A DNA stretch of 64,000 nucleotides from Solirubrobacteraceae bacterium (GCA_036489875.1 DASXEZ010000160.1:17106-81105), one strand, 5' to 3'; shown: positions 1 to 9,427, numbered from the stretch's first letter. A program made the numbers and translations. Notes: generated by a model not told the origin, from the sequence alone.

Positions 1-111
1 ACGCTGGTCAGAGAAGTTGCGCAGCACCGCCACCGCGATCGCCAGCGGGCGACGACGACGCTGAAAACGATCGAACGCTCGCACCGGCGCGAGCAGCGGA
101 TCCAGGTTCAT
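1..111 (-). CDS. 5' end of a gene that runs off the left edge; N-terminus resembles YihY/BrkB-type membrane proteins (tentative)
   Basis: Reverse-strand ATG at 111 opens MNLDPLLAPVRAFDRFQRRRRPLAIAVAVLRNFSDQR with no stop before position 1. Only 37 codons are visible, so the family call is pattern memory only. Confidence 0.35.
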   Translation of the reverse strand, partial: MNLDPLLAPVRAFDRFQRRRRPLAIAVAVLRNFSDQR

Positions 112-372
112 GACTCGACCCTCCGCCTACCCCGGCTCCACTGAGACCAAATCGCGCAGCGTCCGAGAGCGTGTCCGACAAGGACCCATCGGCCGCGGGC
201 GATTCCTGGCCTCACGGACCACGCAGGTGCCGTCGTTGCGGACACCCGCATTGGCCACGATTGCCCAACCGTTGCGGGCCCCGCCTCGGGATTCGCATCT
301 GGGGCGACCTCGTGGGGATGCTCGACACGCTGGAGGAGCACTCGGCTCCTTGACGGCAGTGCGCCTAGCGGA

Positions 373-540
373 TCAGGTCGCGGACTTCTCGTTGCTCCGG
401 GGCCGAGCCTCGTTGGGAGACTCGTCCTCACCTGTCGGCCTCGCCTCCGCCGCTCGGCGCTGCGCCTCGGTGGCGGGATCGTCGATCGGTCCGCGATCCG
501 GCGGCGAGGTCTCGGTCTCCTCTGGCCTCTGTTCCATCAT
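373..540 (-). CDS. possible 55-aa acidic small protein (below the ORF-track length cutoff)
   Basis: Hand translation gives MMEQRPEETETSPPDRGPIDDPATEAQRRAAEARPTGEDESPNEARPRSNEKSAT with TGA at 373-375. Third positions are mostly G/C. It lies just downstream of the DUF1049-like gene on the same strand. Confidence 0.2.
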   Translation of the reverse strand: MMEQRPEETETSPPDRGPIDDPATEAQRRAAEARPTGEDESPNEARPRSNEKSAT

Positions 541-572
541 CTCTGGCTTCCGTTCGTTGTCTGTCGCGTCGC

Positions 573-917
573 TCAGCGGCGCGATTGTTTGCGGGCACGC
601 CGCAGCTGCAATATGCGGGCGCTGCCGGCAATACCGACGATGAGTGCGCCGGCGACGGCGGCGAGGAGCAGCGCAACGCCCAAGGGCAGGTGGCCGGAGG
701 CACCGAAGTAGCTGACGCTGACACGTTGGGTGTTCTCGAGGATGAACACGAGCAACAGAATCAGGATCACGGTGCCGGCCAGGAGCCCCTTGTAGGTGGC
801 GCTGAGGCGTGTACGTCTGACCGGGTCTGCTCGAGACTGCCGCTCGGAAGCGGCGGGGGCTGCGGTCGGTGGCGCCTCCGGCTCGGGAACGTCGTGCGGT
901 GGTTCAGCTGAGGTCAC
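573..917 (-). CDS. LapA/DUF1049-type small two-helix membrane protein
   Basis: C-terminal part of ORF 573..1190 reads LLAGTVILILLLVFILENTQRVSVSYFGASGHLPLGVALLLAAVAGALIVGIAG plus the basic tail RILQLRRARKQSRR, the typical DUF1049 layout. The upstream part of the ORF is Arg/Ser/Pro junk-like. GTG 917 is proposed as start but the start is uncertain. Confidence 0.6.
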   Translation of the reverse strand: MTSAEPPHDVPEPEAPPTAAPAASERQSRADPVRRTRLSATYKGLLAGTVILILLLVFILENTQRVSVSYFGASGHLPLGVALLLAAVAGALIVGIAGSARILQLRRARKQSRR

Positions 918-972
918 GGCTGTGGTGTACCCCGGCTCACGCCAAGCGAAGCTGCTTGAGTCGGTGAGTTGG

Positions 973-1218
973 CTACGACCACGAGGCCGGCGGATCGCTC
1001 GCTGGGAATGACTCTTCGCCCACCTCGTCCAGCTTGTCTTCGCCTCGGCGGTCGTCCGAGACGAGGGAGGGTCCGCTGAACGTCGACCGTTGCGTGTGCT
1101 CCGTTGATCGTTCTTCGAGCTTGTCGATGCCTGCCCGTAACAGCGCCACGGCGTGACGCGAACCGGCTTCGATGCCTGCCACGCCTCCACGCATCAGCTT
1201 CAACTGCCATGTCTTCAT
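973..1218 (-). CDS. 81-aa hypothetical protein ending in an E-E-S-F-P-A-S-D-P-P type tail
   Basis: ATG at 1218 inside ORF 973..1611 opens MKTWQLKLMRGGVAGIEAGSRHAVALLRAGIDKLEERSTEH...DEVGEESFPASDPPASWS. The rest of the long ORF upstream looks non-coding. I recall the FPASDPP tail as recurrent in small bacterial proteins of unknown function. Confidence 0.5.
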   Translation of the reverse strand: MKTWQLKLMRGGVAGIEAGSRHAVALLRAGIDKLEERSTEHTQRSTFSGPSLVSDDRRGEDKLDEVGEESFPASDPPASWS

Positions 1219-1682
1219 AGGTCCTCGAATCGTCGGCGGGTTGGTTGATCGGCAACCCCATCCTGGCGGTGGGCCGCTTGAAACGGCGGCCGCGCCGCGC
1301 TGCCCGTCCAGAATGAGGTCTTGTAGTGGACATGCCCTGTCTACCCGCGGACGCGGGACGCAACCCGCGCACGGACATTCCCCGAGGATCCATTCAGCCT
1401 GGCTCGAACCGTCGATCGGGCCGCGGCGGTGCCTCCTCGCCGCGGTCGCCACGCGCGACGCGGTGCGCGTTGGCGGCATCGAGCTCGCGCCCGGCGGGCC
1501 CCACGGTGACATCACCCGGGGGGTCGGAGAAGTCCACTCCGGCCGCTCGCCGAGCGCGGCGATTATGGATCGGACGGTTCCCCCTTCTGGCCTGGTTCGG
1601 CATCCTTTCACGACGGGCGGCGGGCACGTCCATCGGGAACGCGGCCGCGGACGCCGGGCAGGGCGTTGTGCGTCGAGCGTGA

Positions 1683-2663
1683 CTACCAGGTGTGACTGGA
1701 CGGGCAGCCAGTCGGCGCGGGCTGGTTGCCGGCGGCGGTGGTGCAGGAGTTGGCGAGGATGCCGCTCGGCTTCCGCGTCATCGAGAAGGTGTCGTGCGTG
1801 ACCGAGGTTGTCGTGATCACGTAGCCTCGGCCGCCGGCGAGGATGCGCACGGCGCTGACGTAGGCGTTGCCGTCGCCGGGCACGATCTGGATCGTGCTCT
1901 CGTATTCATGCAGGACCTTCCGCGTCGCTCGAGCGTAGGAGCCGTTGTTGTCAGTGGAGTAGGTCTCCATGGCGACCTGTGCGGTGTGGGCGAGCTCCTT
2001 CGCGGCGGCATCCTCGGCGTTGCTGTGCGATGCGGCGGCCTCACAGTTCAGGTTGTAGCGGGCCGCGGCCCGTTCGTCGGCCTGTTCGGCGCCGTCCGGA
2101 TGTGAGAGCTTGGCGAGGGCGCGATCGAAGGCGGTCAGGTTGTTGGCCTTGGCCGCCGCCTCCATCTGTTGAGTGATGTCCACAAGGACGCCGACCCCGG
2201 CGAGATAGGCGTTGTAGCCGGGGACCACGGACGCAGGCGGACTCAGCGCCCGCAGTGCCGCAAGGCCGTGCTCGTTGACACTGACGAGCCGCTCCGTCCA
2301 GGGCACGAGGCTGGTGGAGGTGGGAGTGCCGAGGGTCGAGTTGGAGTGGGTGATCTGCGCGCAGACCGCAGCGAAGCGCTGGCGGAACGCCGTCTGAGTG
2401 AGTGGGCCACTCGAGGCGGCGGTCAAGTGGGCGCTTGGAGTCGCACCCCCTGACTTGAAAACGCCGAGCGCGGCCACGAGCGCGAGCGCCACCACGACGA
2501 TGACGCCTCCCGCCCACGCCAGAGCCCGACGTTGCGAAGACACGGCGTGCGCCCTGCCTCCGTCTATTGGTGAACCCTGCGGCGGCGAGGAGCCGGCGGG
2601 CGAGTCCGCGGGCGTCGTCGGCTGCGTGCCCCACTCCCCGAACGGGTTCGGCTCGTCGGCCAT
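1683..2663 (-). CDS. membrane-anchored hypothetical protein (326 aa)
   Basis: Intact ORF. The N-terminal disordered segment is followed by one TM helix (WAGGVIVVVALALVAALGVF) and then an ordinary globular-looking extracytoplasmic domain. Third positions are G/C-rich. Confidence 0.6.
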   Translation of the reverse strand: MADEPNPFGEWGTQPTTPADSPAGSSPPQGSPIDGGRAHAVSSQRRALAWAGGVIVVVALALVAALGVFKSGGATPSAHLTAASSGPLTQTAFRQRFAAVCAQITHSNSTLGTPTSTSLVPWTERLVSVNEHGLAALRALSPPASVVPGYNAYLAGVGVLVDITQQMEAAAKANNLTAFDRALAKLSHPDGAEQADERAAARYNLNCEAAASHSNAEDAAAKELAHTAQVAMETYSTDNNGSYARATRKVLHEYESTIQIVPGDGNAYVSAVRILAGGRGYVITTTSVTHDTFSMTRKPSGILANSCTTAAGNQPAPTGCPSSHTW

Positions 2664-2863
2664 TGCGCTTGTATCGGCCTGCCATGCCGCCTGCGTGAAT
2701 CACCACGGTGCGCCCTTAGGGGAATCTTCAGATCGCTTCAGAGACTGCTCACATGCGCGTTCGAGACTCCTCGGGCACGAAGGCAGTGTGGGTCGCCCGG
2801 AAATCGGGGTATGCAGCCGACATCGCGCAGCCACAACCACCCGAGAAAGCCGAGCGTGCAGCG

Positions 2864-3391
2864 ATGACCGTGACCACCCCCGCGCACGAGCCGACTGCGA
2901 GCTTCGACGCTGCTTCCACGCCGGGCGGTGTCCCGCGCCGCCTTGCCGTCTTCGGCTCCGTCTCGGCGGAGGGCCCGTCGAGGGCTCTCGTCGAGCCCCC
3001 CGACTCCGCGGCCCGCGAGGTGCTCGAGCGCGTATTCGCGGAGATCGCGGCCCAGGCACCCGTGATCGCCGCCCCGGTGCTCGAGCGGGCGGTCGCCGCC
3101 GCCTCGATCACGAGCGACGAGCGCGACGAGCTCATACGCGCGCTGGCCGCGCCGCCGGAGGAGGCCGACCCCGACGCAGAGTTCGCGCCGCCGCAGCGCA
3201 GCGTCGCCGCGAGCAACGCCCTGCGCGAGGCTCTCTCGGCGGTCCGCCGCGCGTCTCCCGCGATCGCCGAGCCGATCCTCGATGCCGCCGTCACCGAGGG
3301 CCTGCTGACGGCCGCCCAGGAACAGCGCATCGTCGGACGCCTCAGCTCGAGCCCGGCGGCGATCTTCCGCCCGAACCGCGTTCGCGACTAG
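2864..3391 (+). CDS. hypothetical Ala/Pro/Glu-rich protein (175 aa)
   Basis: ORF 2753..3391. The first 37 codons use many A/T-ending codons, unlike the rest, so ATG 2864 (MTVTTPAHEP, preceded by gagaaag) is preferred. No recognisable domain. Confidence 0.45.
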   Translation: MTVTTPAHEPTASFDAASTPGGVPRRLAVFGSVSAEGPSRALVEPPDSAAREVLERVFAEIAAQAPVIAAPVLERAVAAASITSDERDELIRALAAPPEEADPDAEFAPPQRSVAASNALREALSAVRRASPAIAEPILDAAVTEGLLTAAQEQRIVGRLSSSPAAIFRPNRVRD

Positions 3392-3497
3392 TCCCTGACA
3401 CTCTCGCGCCGGCGCCCAGTCCGACGCTCCTCGCCGTCGAAACCGCCCGCGCCGCGACCGCTCGAGGCGCGCACCTCGGCGGAGTAATCTCAGCTGC

Positions 3498-4163
3498 ATG
3501 AGCCTCCTGCGCGACCTCTTCAGAGACAAGACCCGCATGATCACCGCCGAGCGCGCGCTGCGCGGTCGCGACACCGAGATGGCGGTGCCCGAGCGCCACT
3601 TCGTGCTCGGAACGCCGATCCGCCCGCCCTTCCCCGAGGGGATGCAGTCGATCGTCGTCGGCATGGGCTGCTTCTGGGGCGCCGAGCGCATCTTCTGGCA
3701 GGCGCCCGGGGTCTACACCACCGCGGTCGGCTACGCGGGCGGCTTCACGCCCAACCCGACCTACCAAGAGGTGTGCTCGGGCTCGACCGGCCACGACGAG
3801 GTCGTGCTGGCGGTGTTCGATCCGGCCAAGACCAGTCTCGACGAGATGCTGCGCGCGTTCTGGGAGGGCCACGATCCGACCCAGGTGATGCGCCAGGGAG
3901 CCGACGTCGGCACCCAGTACCGCTCGGCGATCTTCTATGGCGACGCCGCGCAGCAGGCCGCCGCCGAGCGCAGCCGCGACATCTACGCGGAGACGCTGCG
4001 GGCGAGCGGCTACGGCGAGATCGCCACCGAGATCGCTGCCGCCGGGCCTTTCTATTACGCTGAGTCCTACCACCAGCAGTACCTCGCGAAGAACCCCGCC
4101 GGCTATTGCGGAATCGGTGGAACGGGCGTCAGCTGCCCGATCGGGGCGCTCGCAGCAAGCTAG
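3498..4163 (+). CDS. msrA: peptide-methionine (S)-S-oxide reductase MsrA
   Basis: [55 protein letters not shown] and [10 protein letters not shown] are canonical MsrA motifs. Full-length ORF. Confidence 0.95.
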   Translation: MSLLRDLFRDKTRMITAERALRGRDTEMAVPERHFVLGTPIRPPFPEGMQSIVVGMGCFWGAERIFWQAPGVYTTAVGYAGGFTPNPTYQEVCSGSTGHDEVVLAVFDPAKTSLDEMLRAFWEGHDPTQVMRQGADVGTQYRSAIFYGDAAQQAAAERSRDIYAETLRASGYGEIATEIAAAGPFYYAESYHQQYLAKNPAGYCGIGGTGVSCPIGALAAS

Positions 4164-4232
4164 TTCGCGGGGGTTGGGTGTCGGCGCGGTTCACGGTGCC
4201 GCGTCGATTTCGAGACGACGTCAGGATGGGGA

Positions 4233-5210
4233 ATGGCTGAGGAGCACACACAGCCGGCGATCCTGGCCGAGGGGCTCATCAAGCGCTTCGGCAAGACGCT
4301 GGCATTGGACGGCCTCGATCTCGAGGTGGCTGCGGGCACGGTGCTCGGGCTGCTCGGGCCCAACGGCGCCGGCAAGACGACCGCGGTGCGGATCTTCACG
4401 ACGCTGCTCGAGCCCGACGGCGGCCGCGCGATGGTGGCTGGGCTCGACTGCGTGCGTGACGCACAGCGCCTGCGCGGGCGGATCGGCCTCGCGGGCCAGT
4501 ACGCGGCCGTGGATGCGCTGCTGACGGGCCGCGAGAACCTCGAGATGGTCGGTCGCCTCTACCGCCTCTCGCGCGCGGCCGCGCGTGCTCGTGCCGTCGA
4601 GTTGCTTGAGCAGTTCGATCTGACCGAAGCCGCCAACCGACCCGCCAAGACCTATTCAGGCGGCATGCGCCGGCGCCTGGACCTCGCCGCCTCGCTGATC
4701 GCGACGCCGCCGGTGCTCTTCCTCGACGAGCCGACGACGGGCCTTGATCCGAGCGGTCGCCTGGCGATGTGGGAGCGCATCAGCGTGCTGCGCGCGGAGG
4801 GCACGACGCTGCTGTTGACGACCCAGTACCTCGAGGAGGCCGACTTCCTCGCCGACCTGATCGTCGTGATCGACCACGGCCGCACGATCGCGCAGGGCAC
4901 CGCCGATGAGCTCAAGCGTCAGGTCGGTGGCGAGCGCATCGAGCTGACGCTCGCCCGCGGATCGGACATCGAGCTCGGCGCGCGCACGCTCGCGCCGCGC
5001 GTGGACGGGCAGGTCCGCGTGGAGCCCGAGGCTCGCCGGCTGTCGGCTGCGGCGGTCGACGGAGCGCGCCGCCTGGCCGACGTGGTGCGCGATTTCGACG
5101 CCGCCGGCATCAGCCTCGACGACCTCGCGGTCCGCCGTCCGACGCTCGACGACGTCTTCCTGACGCTGACCGGGCACGCCGCCCAGGTCGAGGAGCGGGA
5201 GGCCGCATGA
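4233..5210 (+). CDS. ABC transporter ATP-binding protein (DrrA/ABC-2 exporter type)
   Basis: Walker A GPNGAGKTT, signature YSGGMRRRL, Walker B LFLDEPTTGLD. There is a C-terminal DrrA-like extension. ATGA overlap with the next gene. Confidence 0.9.
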   Translation: MAEEHTQPAILAEGLIKRFGKTLALDGLDLEVAAGTVLGLLGPNGAGKTTAVRIFTTLLEPDGGRAMVAGLDCVRDAQRLRGRIGLAGQYAAVDALLTGRENLEMVGRLYRLSRAAARARAVELLEQFDLTEAANRPAKTYSGGMRRRLDLAASLIATPPVLFLDEPTTGLDPSGRLAMWERISVLRAEGTTLLLTTQYLEEADFLADLIVVIDHGRTIAQGTADELKRQVGGERIELTLARGSDIELGARTLAPRVDGQVRVEPEARRLSAAAVDGARRLADVVRDFDAAGISLDDLAVRRPTLDDVFLTLTGHAAQVEEREAA

Positions 5211-6019
5211 GTTTCGAACCCTTCGAGGCCGGTCGCGAGCACGGCTGGCTGTACTGGCAGATCTCAGACGCCCTCGTGCTCACCGGCCGGGCCCTGCGCC
5301 ACATCCCGCGCAGCCCGGAGATCCTGGTCTATTCGGCGATCCAGCCGGTGATGTTCGTGGTCCTCTTCCGCTACGTCTTCGGAGGCGCGATCAAGCTCCC
5401 GCCGGGCCTCTCCTACGTCAACTACCTGATGGCGGGGATCTTCATCAACACCGTCGCCTTCGGCTCCTTCTCGACTGGCGTCGGACTCGCGCTCGACCTC
5501 CAGAACGGCCTGATCGACCGCTTCCGCTCGCTGCCGATGTCGCGGGCCGCGGTGCTGATCGGTCGCACCGTCTCCGACCTGGTGCGCAACATCCTCACCG
5601 GCGCGGTGATGTTCGGCGTCGGCGTTCTCGTCGGCTTCAACCCGCAGGGCACGCCGCTCGAGATCCTCGCCGCGATCGCCATCCTGCTGCTCTACGGCCT
5701 CGCTTTCTCGTGGATCGGCGCGACGGTCGGGCTCGCGGTGCGAAACGTCGAGGCGGTCCAGTCGGCCGGCTTCATCTGGCTCTTCCCGCTGATCTTCGCC
5801 TCGAGCGCCTTCGTGCCGACCTCGGGCATGCCGTCGGGGTTGCGCGCGTTCGCCAACAACCAGCCGATCTCGCAGGTGGTCGACGCCGCCCGCGCCTGGT
5901 TCCTCGGCGTGCCCGTCGGCGACCACGCCTGGATCGCCGCGGTCTGGGGCGTCGGCATCATCGCCGTGTTCGTGCCGCTCTCGGTGCGCGTCTACCGCCA
6001 CGCCGCTTCGAAGTCCTGA
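5207..6019 (+). CDS. ABC-2 type transporter permease
   Basis: About six hydrophobic segments and an ABC-2 membrane-protein pattern. Translationally coupled (ATGA) to the ATPase. Confidence 0.85.
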   Translation: MSFEPFEAGREHGWLYWQISDALVLTGRALRHIPRSPEILVYSAIQPVMFVVLFRYVFGGAIKLPPGLSYVNYLMAGIFINTVAFGSFSTGVGLALDLQNGLIDRFRSLPMSRAAVLIGRTVSDLVRNILTGAVMFGVGVLVGFNPQGTPLEILAAIAILLLYGLAFSWIGATVGLAVRNVEAVQSAGFIWLFPLIFASSAFVPTSGMPSGLRAFANNQPISQVVDAARAWFLGVPVGDHAWIAAVWGVGIIAVFVPLSVRVYRHAASKS

Positions 6020-6043
6020 GCCACGCGCGGCAGATCTAAGGGC

Positions 6044-6166
6044 TCAGTGGTGGTGGCCGCCGGGGACGACCAGCGCCAGCACCACGCCCGCGATCACCGC
6101 GAGCACGATCAGCATCGCGACGCGGCGCAGGTAGGGGCGATATTCGGGTGGTAGCCGGTTGAGCAT
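6044..6166 (-). CDS. possible 40-aa single-helix membrane peptide ending in HHH
   Basis: ATG at 6166 gives MLNRLPPEYRPYLRRVAMLIVLAVIAGVVLALVVPGGHHH. Third positions are almost all G/C. It is the only coding-looking part of ORF 6044..6355. Confidence 0.3.
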   Translation of the reverse strand: MLNRLPPEYRPYLRRVAMLIVLAVIAGVVLALVVPGGHHH

Positions 6167-6206
6167 CGATCGGGGCGCCGCTTGCGGGATCATCCCAGGC
6201 CGGCCG

Positions 6207-7193
6207 ATGCACCACCTGCGCAGAAAACTCCTCGCCGCCGGCGCCGCGACCGCGGCTGCGGCGCTCGCCATCGCGGGGTGCGGCTCGAGCGCGCCGGCTC
6301 TCACACGCGCCACGCTGGTGCTCGATTTTGTGCCCAACGCCGTCCACGCCGGCATCTACCGAGCGATCGCTGCCGGTTACTACCGCGAGGCCGGCATCGA
6401 CCTGCGCGTGATCCCGCCCAGCTCGACCTCGACAACTCTGCAACTGATCGACGCCGGCAAGGCCCAGTTCGGCCTCGCTGACGGCATCGACGTCGCCGAG
6501 CAGATCGCGATGGGCCGCGACGAGAAGGCGATCATGGCGATCGTGCAGCGCCCGCTCGGCGCGCCGATCGCGCTCGCGAGCGAGCATCTGCACTCGGCCG
6601 CCGACCTTGTCGGGAAGACCGTCGGCATCACCGGCGTGCCCTCCGACCGCGCCGCGCTGGACACAGCGGTCGCCCACGCCGGCGGCAACCCGGCGAAGGT
6701 CAAGGTCGTGACGATCGGCTTCGACGGAGTGGCCGACCTCGAGGCCGGAAAGATCGCGGCCTTCACCGGCTACTGGCCCGACGACGGGGTCACCCTCAGC
6801 GTCAGCGGCTACCCCATCACCGTGTTCAAGCTCGACCAGAACGGCGGCCCCGCCTATCCGGGCCTCGTCGCCTTCACCACGCGCGCCCTGATCGCGCGGA
6901 GCCCGAAGCTCGTGCGCGGCTTCGTGCGCGCAACGGTCCGCGGTTACCAGGACACGCTCCGCGATCCCGCCAGGAGCCTTGACGATCTGCTGAAGCTCAA
7001 CCCCTCGATCGCGCGCAAGCTCACGCGCGCCTCGCTCGCCGCCTACCTGCCGGTCTTCGATGCCGGCGGCGTTCCCGACGGGACGCTCGTGGCTCCGCGG
7101 ATAGCGGCGCTGTCGGGGTGGCTCGTGCACAACCACCTGATCGCGCACCCGATCGCGGTCTCGCGCTTCGGGACCAACGCCTTCCTGCCGTGA
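6207..7193 (+). CDS. ABC transporter substrate-binding lipoprotein, NMT1/THI5-like (NitT/TauT family)
   Basis: Lipoprotein signal MHHLRRKLLAAGAATAAAALAIAGCGSS. The body has an NMT1-like pattern (LVLDFVPNAVHAGIY...). ATPase and permease follow with 4-nt overlaps. Confidence 0.85.
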   Translation: MHHLRRKLLAAGAATAAAALAIAGCGSSAPALTRATLVLDFVPNAVHAGIYRAIAAGYYREAGIDLRVIPPSSTSTTLQLIDAGKAQFGLADGIDVAEQIAMGRDEKAIMAIVQRPLGAPIALASEHLHSAADLVGKTVGITGVPSDRAALDTAVAHAGGNPAKVKVVTIGFDGVADLEAGKIAAFTGYWPDDGVTLSVSGYPITVFKLDQNGGPAYPGLVAFTTRALIARSPKLVRGFVRATVRGYQDTLRDPARSLDDLLKLNPSIARKLTRASLAAYLPVFDAGGVPDGTLVAPRIAALSGWLVHNHLIAHPIAVSRFGTNAFLP

Positions 7194-7975
7194 AGCCCGC
7201 AGGCGTGAAGCTCGCCGCCGCCAGCATCACCAAGCGCTTCGCCGACGGAGTCGAGGCGCTCGCCGGGGTCTCGATCGAGCTGCGCGAGGGAGAGTTCTGC
7301 TCGATCGTGGGGCCGAGCGGCTGCGGCAAATCGACGCTGCTGGGGATCCTCGCAGGCCTGATCGCGCCAACCTCCGGCAGCGTCCTTCTGGACGGCGAGG
7401 TGCCCCCCGGCGGACTGCTCGGGCGGATCGGCTACATGCCCCAGCGCGACCTGCTCATGCAGTGGCGCACGACGCTTGAGAACGCGACCGTCGGCCTCGA
7501 GCTCGCCGGCGTGGCGCGCGCGGAGGCGCAGCAGCGCGCGCTCGCGCAGATTCCTCGTTTCGGGCTCGCCGGCTTCGAGCACCGCCGCCCCTCGGCGCTT
7601 TCGGGTGGCATGCGCCAGCGCGCGGCGCTGCTTCGCACCTTCCTCGCCGGGCGCGACGTGCTGCTCCTCGACGAGCCCTTCGGGTCCCTCGACGCGCTCA
7701 CGCGCGAGGCGATGCAGGAGTGGCTGCTCGGCGTCTGGGAGACCGATCGCAAGACGATCCTCCTGGTCACCCACGACGTCGAGGAGGCCGTGTTCCTCTC
7801 CGACCGCGTGTATGTGATGTCCGGTCGCCCGGGCGCGATCCGCGCAACGCTCGAGGTGCCGATGGCGCGGCCGCGCTCGCTCGAGCTGACCGCGACCGTC
7901 CAGTTCGCCGCGCTGCGCGAGGAGCTGCTGGCGCCGCTTCGCGAAGAGGCCCGAGCGGCGCTGGGGGCGGTATGA
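7190..7975 (+). CDS. ABC transporter ATP-binding protein (NitT/TauT family)
   Basis: GTG 7190 overlaps the upstream stop (GTGA). Walker A GPSGCGKST, signature LSGGMRQR, Walker B LLLDEPFGSLD. Confidence 0.9.
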   Translation: MKPAGVKLAAASITKRFADGVEALAGVSIELREGEFCSIVGPSGCGKSTLLGILAGLIAPTSGSVLLDGEVPPGGLLGRIGYMPQRDLLMQWRTTLENATVGLELAGVARAEAQQRALAQIPRFGLAGFEHRRPSALSGGMRQRAALLRTFLAGRDVLLLDEPFGSLDALTREAMQEWLLGVWETDRKTILLVTHDVEEAVFLSDRVYVMSGRPGAIRATLEVPMARPRSLELTATVQFAALREELLAPLREEARAALGAV

Positions 7976-8799
7976 GCGCGCGCGGGATCGCACTCGCGCT
8001 GGGCGGGCGGGTGGCGCCGCGGCCGCTCGCCGCCGCCAGCCCGCGGGCGCTCGCCATGAGGGCGCTGCCGCCGCTCTGCCTGGGCGTGATCGTCGTCGCG
8101 CTCTGGCAGGCCTACGTCGCGATCTCGGGCGTGCGCGAGTCGATCTTTCCCTCACCGCTGGAGGTCGCGCGGGCGCTCGTGCGTGATCGTAGCGTGCTGC
8201 TCTCGGGCACGGGGACGACGCTGTCGGAGATCCTGATCGGGTTCGCGGTCGCGGTCGTGGTCGGCGTCGCGCTGGCGCTCGCGGTCTCGAGCTCGCGTCT
8301 GGTCGAGCGTGCGCTCTACCCGTGGCTCGTCGTCACGCAGATGATCCCGGTCCCGGCGATCGCTCCGGTGGTCGTTCTCTGGACCGGCTTCGACATCCGC
8401 CCGCGCGTGATCGTGATCGCGCTGGTCAGCTTCTTCCCGATCGCGGTCAACACGATCGACGGCCTGCGCGCGACCGACGCCGAGCTCGTCGGGCTCCTGC
8501 GCACCCTCGGGGCGGGGCGCCGCCAGCTCTTCCGCGTGGCCAAGCTCCCCGCCGCGCTGCCCTACCTCTTCTCGGGGCTGCGCGTGTCGGCGGCGCTGGC
8601 GGTCATCGGCGCCGTCTTCGCCGAGTGGGTCGGCTCCTCCGGCGGGCTCGGCTACCTGATCCTCACCTACAACTCCCAGACCGAGACGCCGGACGTTTTC
8701 GCGGCGATCGTCGTGCTCGCGGCGATCGGAGTGGCGCTGTTTGCGGCGGTCGGGGTCGCCGAGCGTTTACTGATCCCCTGGTGGCAACTCGACGACTGA
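7972..8799 (+). CDS. ABC transporter permease (BPD_transp_1 type)
   Basis: ATG 7972 overlaps the ATPase stop (ATGA). Multiple TM segments with the EAA-like loop region LRATDAELVGLLRTLGAGRRQLF. Confidence 0.9.
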   Translation: MSARGIALALGGRVAPRPLAAASPRALAMRALPPLCLGVIVVALWQAYVAISGVRESIFPSPLEVARALVRDRSVLLSGTGTTLSEILIGFAVAVVVGVALALAVSSSRLVERALYPWLVVTQMIPVPAIAPVVVLWTGFDIRPRVIVIALVSFFPIAVNTIDGLRATDAELVGLLRTLGAGRRQLFRVAKLPAALPYLFSGLRVSAALAVIGAVFAEWVGSSGGLGYLILTYNSQTETPDVFAAIVVLAAIGVALFAAVGVAERLLIPWWQLDD

Positions 8800-8862
8800 C
8801 TTTTGTGTTTGAAGGGGGCGCCGTTGGTGCAACAATCAACACAAGCCAGCGAAAGGAGCGCC

Positions 8863-9324
8863 ATGGAGTCCTCCACACCGGCGCGCGTGCTCGTCGTAGC
8901 TCACCGCACTGCCGCAACCGCGGGATTGGGTGATGCCGTCAGGAGACGCGCGAGCGAGGGTCCGGCCACTTTCACGCTGCTGGTCCCGCGCAGCGCGCAC
9001 GGGCTGCACCGACTGATGGACCCGGAGGAGGCCGACGTGGCCGAGGCGCAAGAGATCCTCGACCGGGCGCTGCCGATCCTCTCGAGCGCCGCCGGTTCGC
9101 CGGTCGACGGCATGATCGGGGACCCGACGCCGCTGACCGCGGTCGAGGACACGATCAACGCCAGGCCCTTCGACGAGATCATCATCTCGACGCTCCCGGC
9201 GCTCGTGTCGCGCTGGTTGCGCCTCGACCTGCCGAGCAAGGTCGGCGGGCTTGGTCTCCCCGTGACGACGGTCACGGCGACGGAGGAACCGGCTGCCAGC
9301 GAGCCGGCGACGGTCGCCGGCTGA
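8863..9324 (+). CDS. conserved-looking hypothetical protein (153 aa)
   Basis: ATG 8863 is preceded by gaaaggag. MESSTPARVLVVAHRTAATAGLGDAVRRRASEGPATFTLLVP... has an alpha/beta-like pattern. No firm family assignment. Confidence 0.6.
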   Translation: MESSTPARVLVVAHRTAATAGLGDAVRRRASEGPATFTLLVPRSAHGLHRLMDPEEADVAEAQEILDRALPILSSAAGSPVDGMIGDPTPLTAVEDTINARPFDEIIISTLPALVSRWLRLDLPSKVGGLGLPVTTVTATEEPAASEPATVAG

Positions 9325-9334
9325 ACCTCTCGAA

Positions 9335-9362
9335 GGCGCCGCCGCGCCACAGCGGCGGCGCC
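9335..9362. terminator. GC-rich hairpin between convergent genes (possible bidirectional terminator)
   Basis: ggcgccgccgc (9335-9345) and gcggcggcgcc (9352-9362) are perfect 11-bp complements around a 6-nt loop. The hairpin sits between the stop at 9324 (+) and the stop at 9428 (-). No U-tract. Confidence 0.4.
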
Positions 9363-9427
9363 GCAGCTTCAAGTCAGCTCCTGGACTCGACCCGACAAAG
9401 TGCCGCGCGGCGAGCGGCGAGGGTGCG

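Noticed and set aside
110-643. ORF 110-643 (+) and ORF 108-431 (-) in the left-end gap
   Set aside because: Both have Arg/Ser/Pro-rich composition, no motifs, and no consistent third-position bias. The region is better explained as intergenic plus the small acidic ORF listed with low confidence.
6020-6206. TPP riboswitch upstream of the NMT1/THI5-like binding-protein gene
   Set aside because: No CUGAGA / ACCUGAUCUGGAUAAUGCCAGCG-like elements are visible. The gap is short and partly occupied by a coding-looking small ORF on the other strand.
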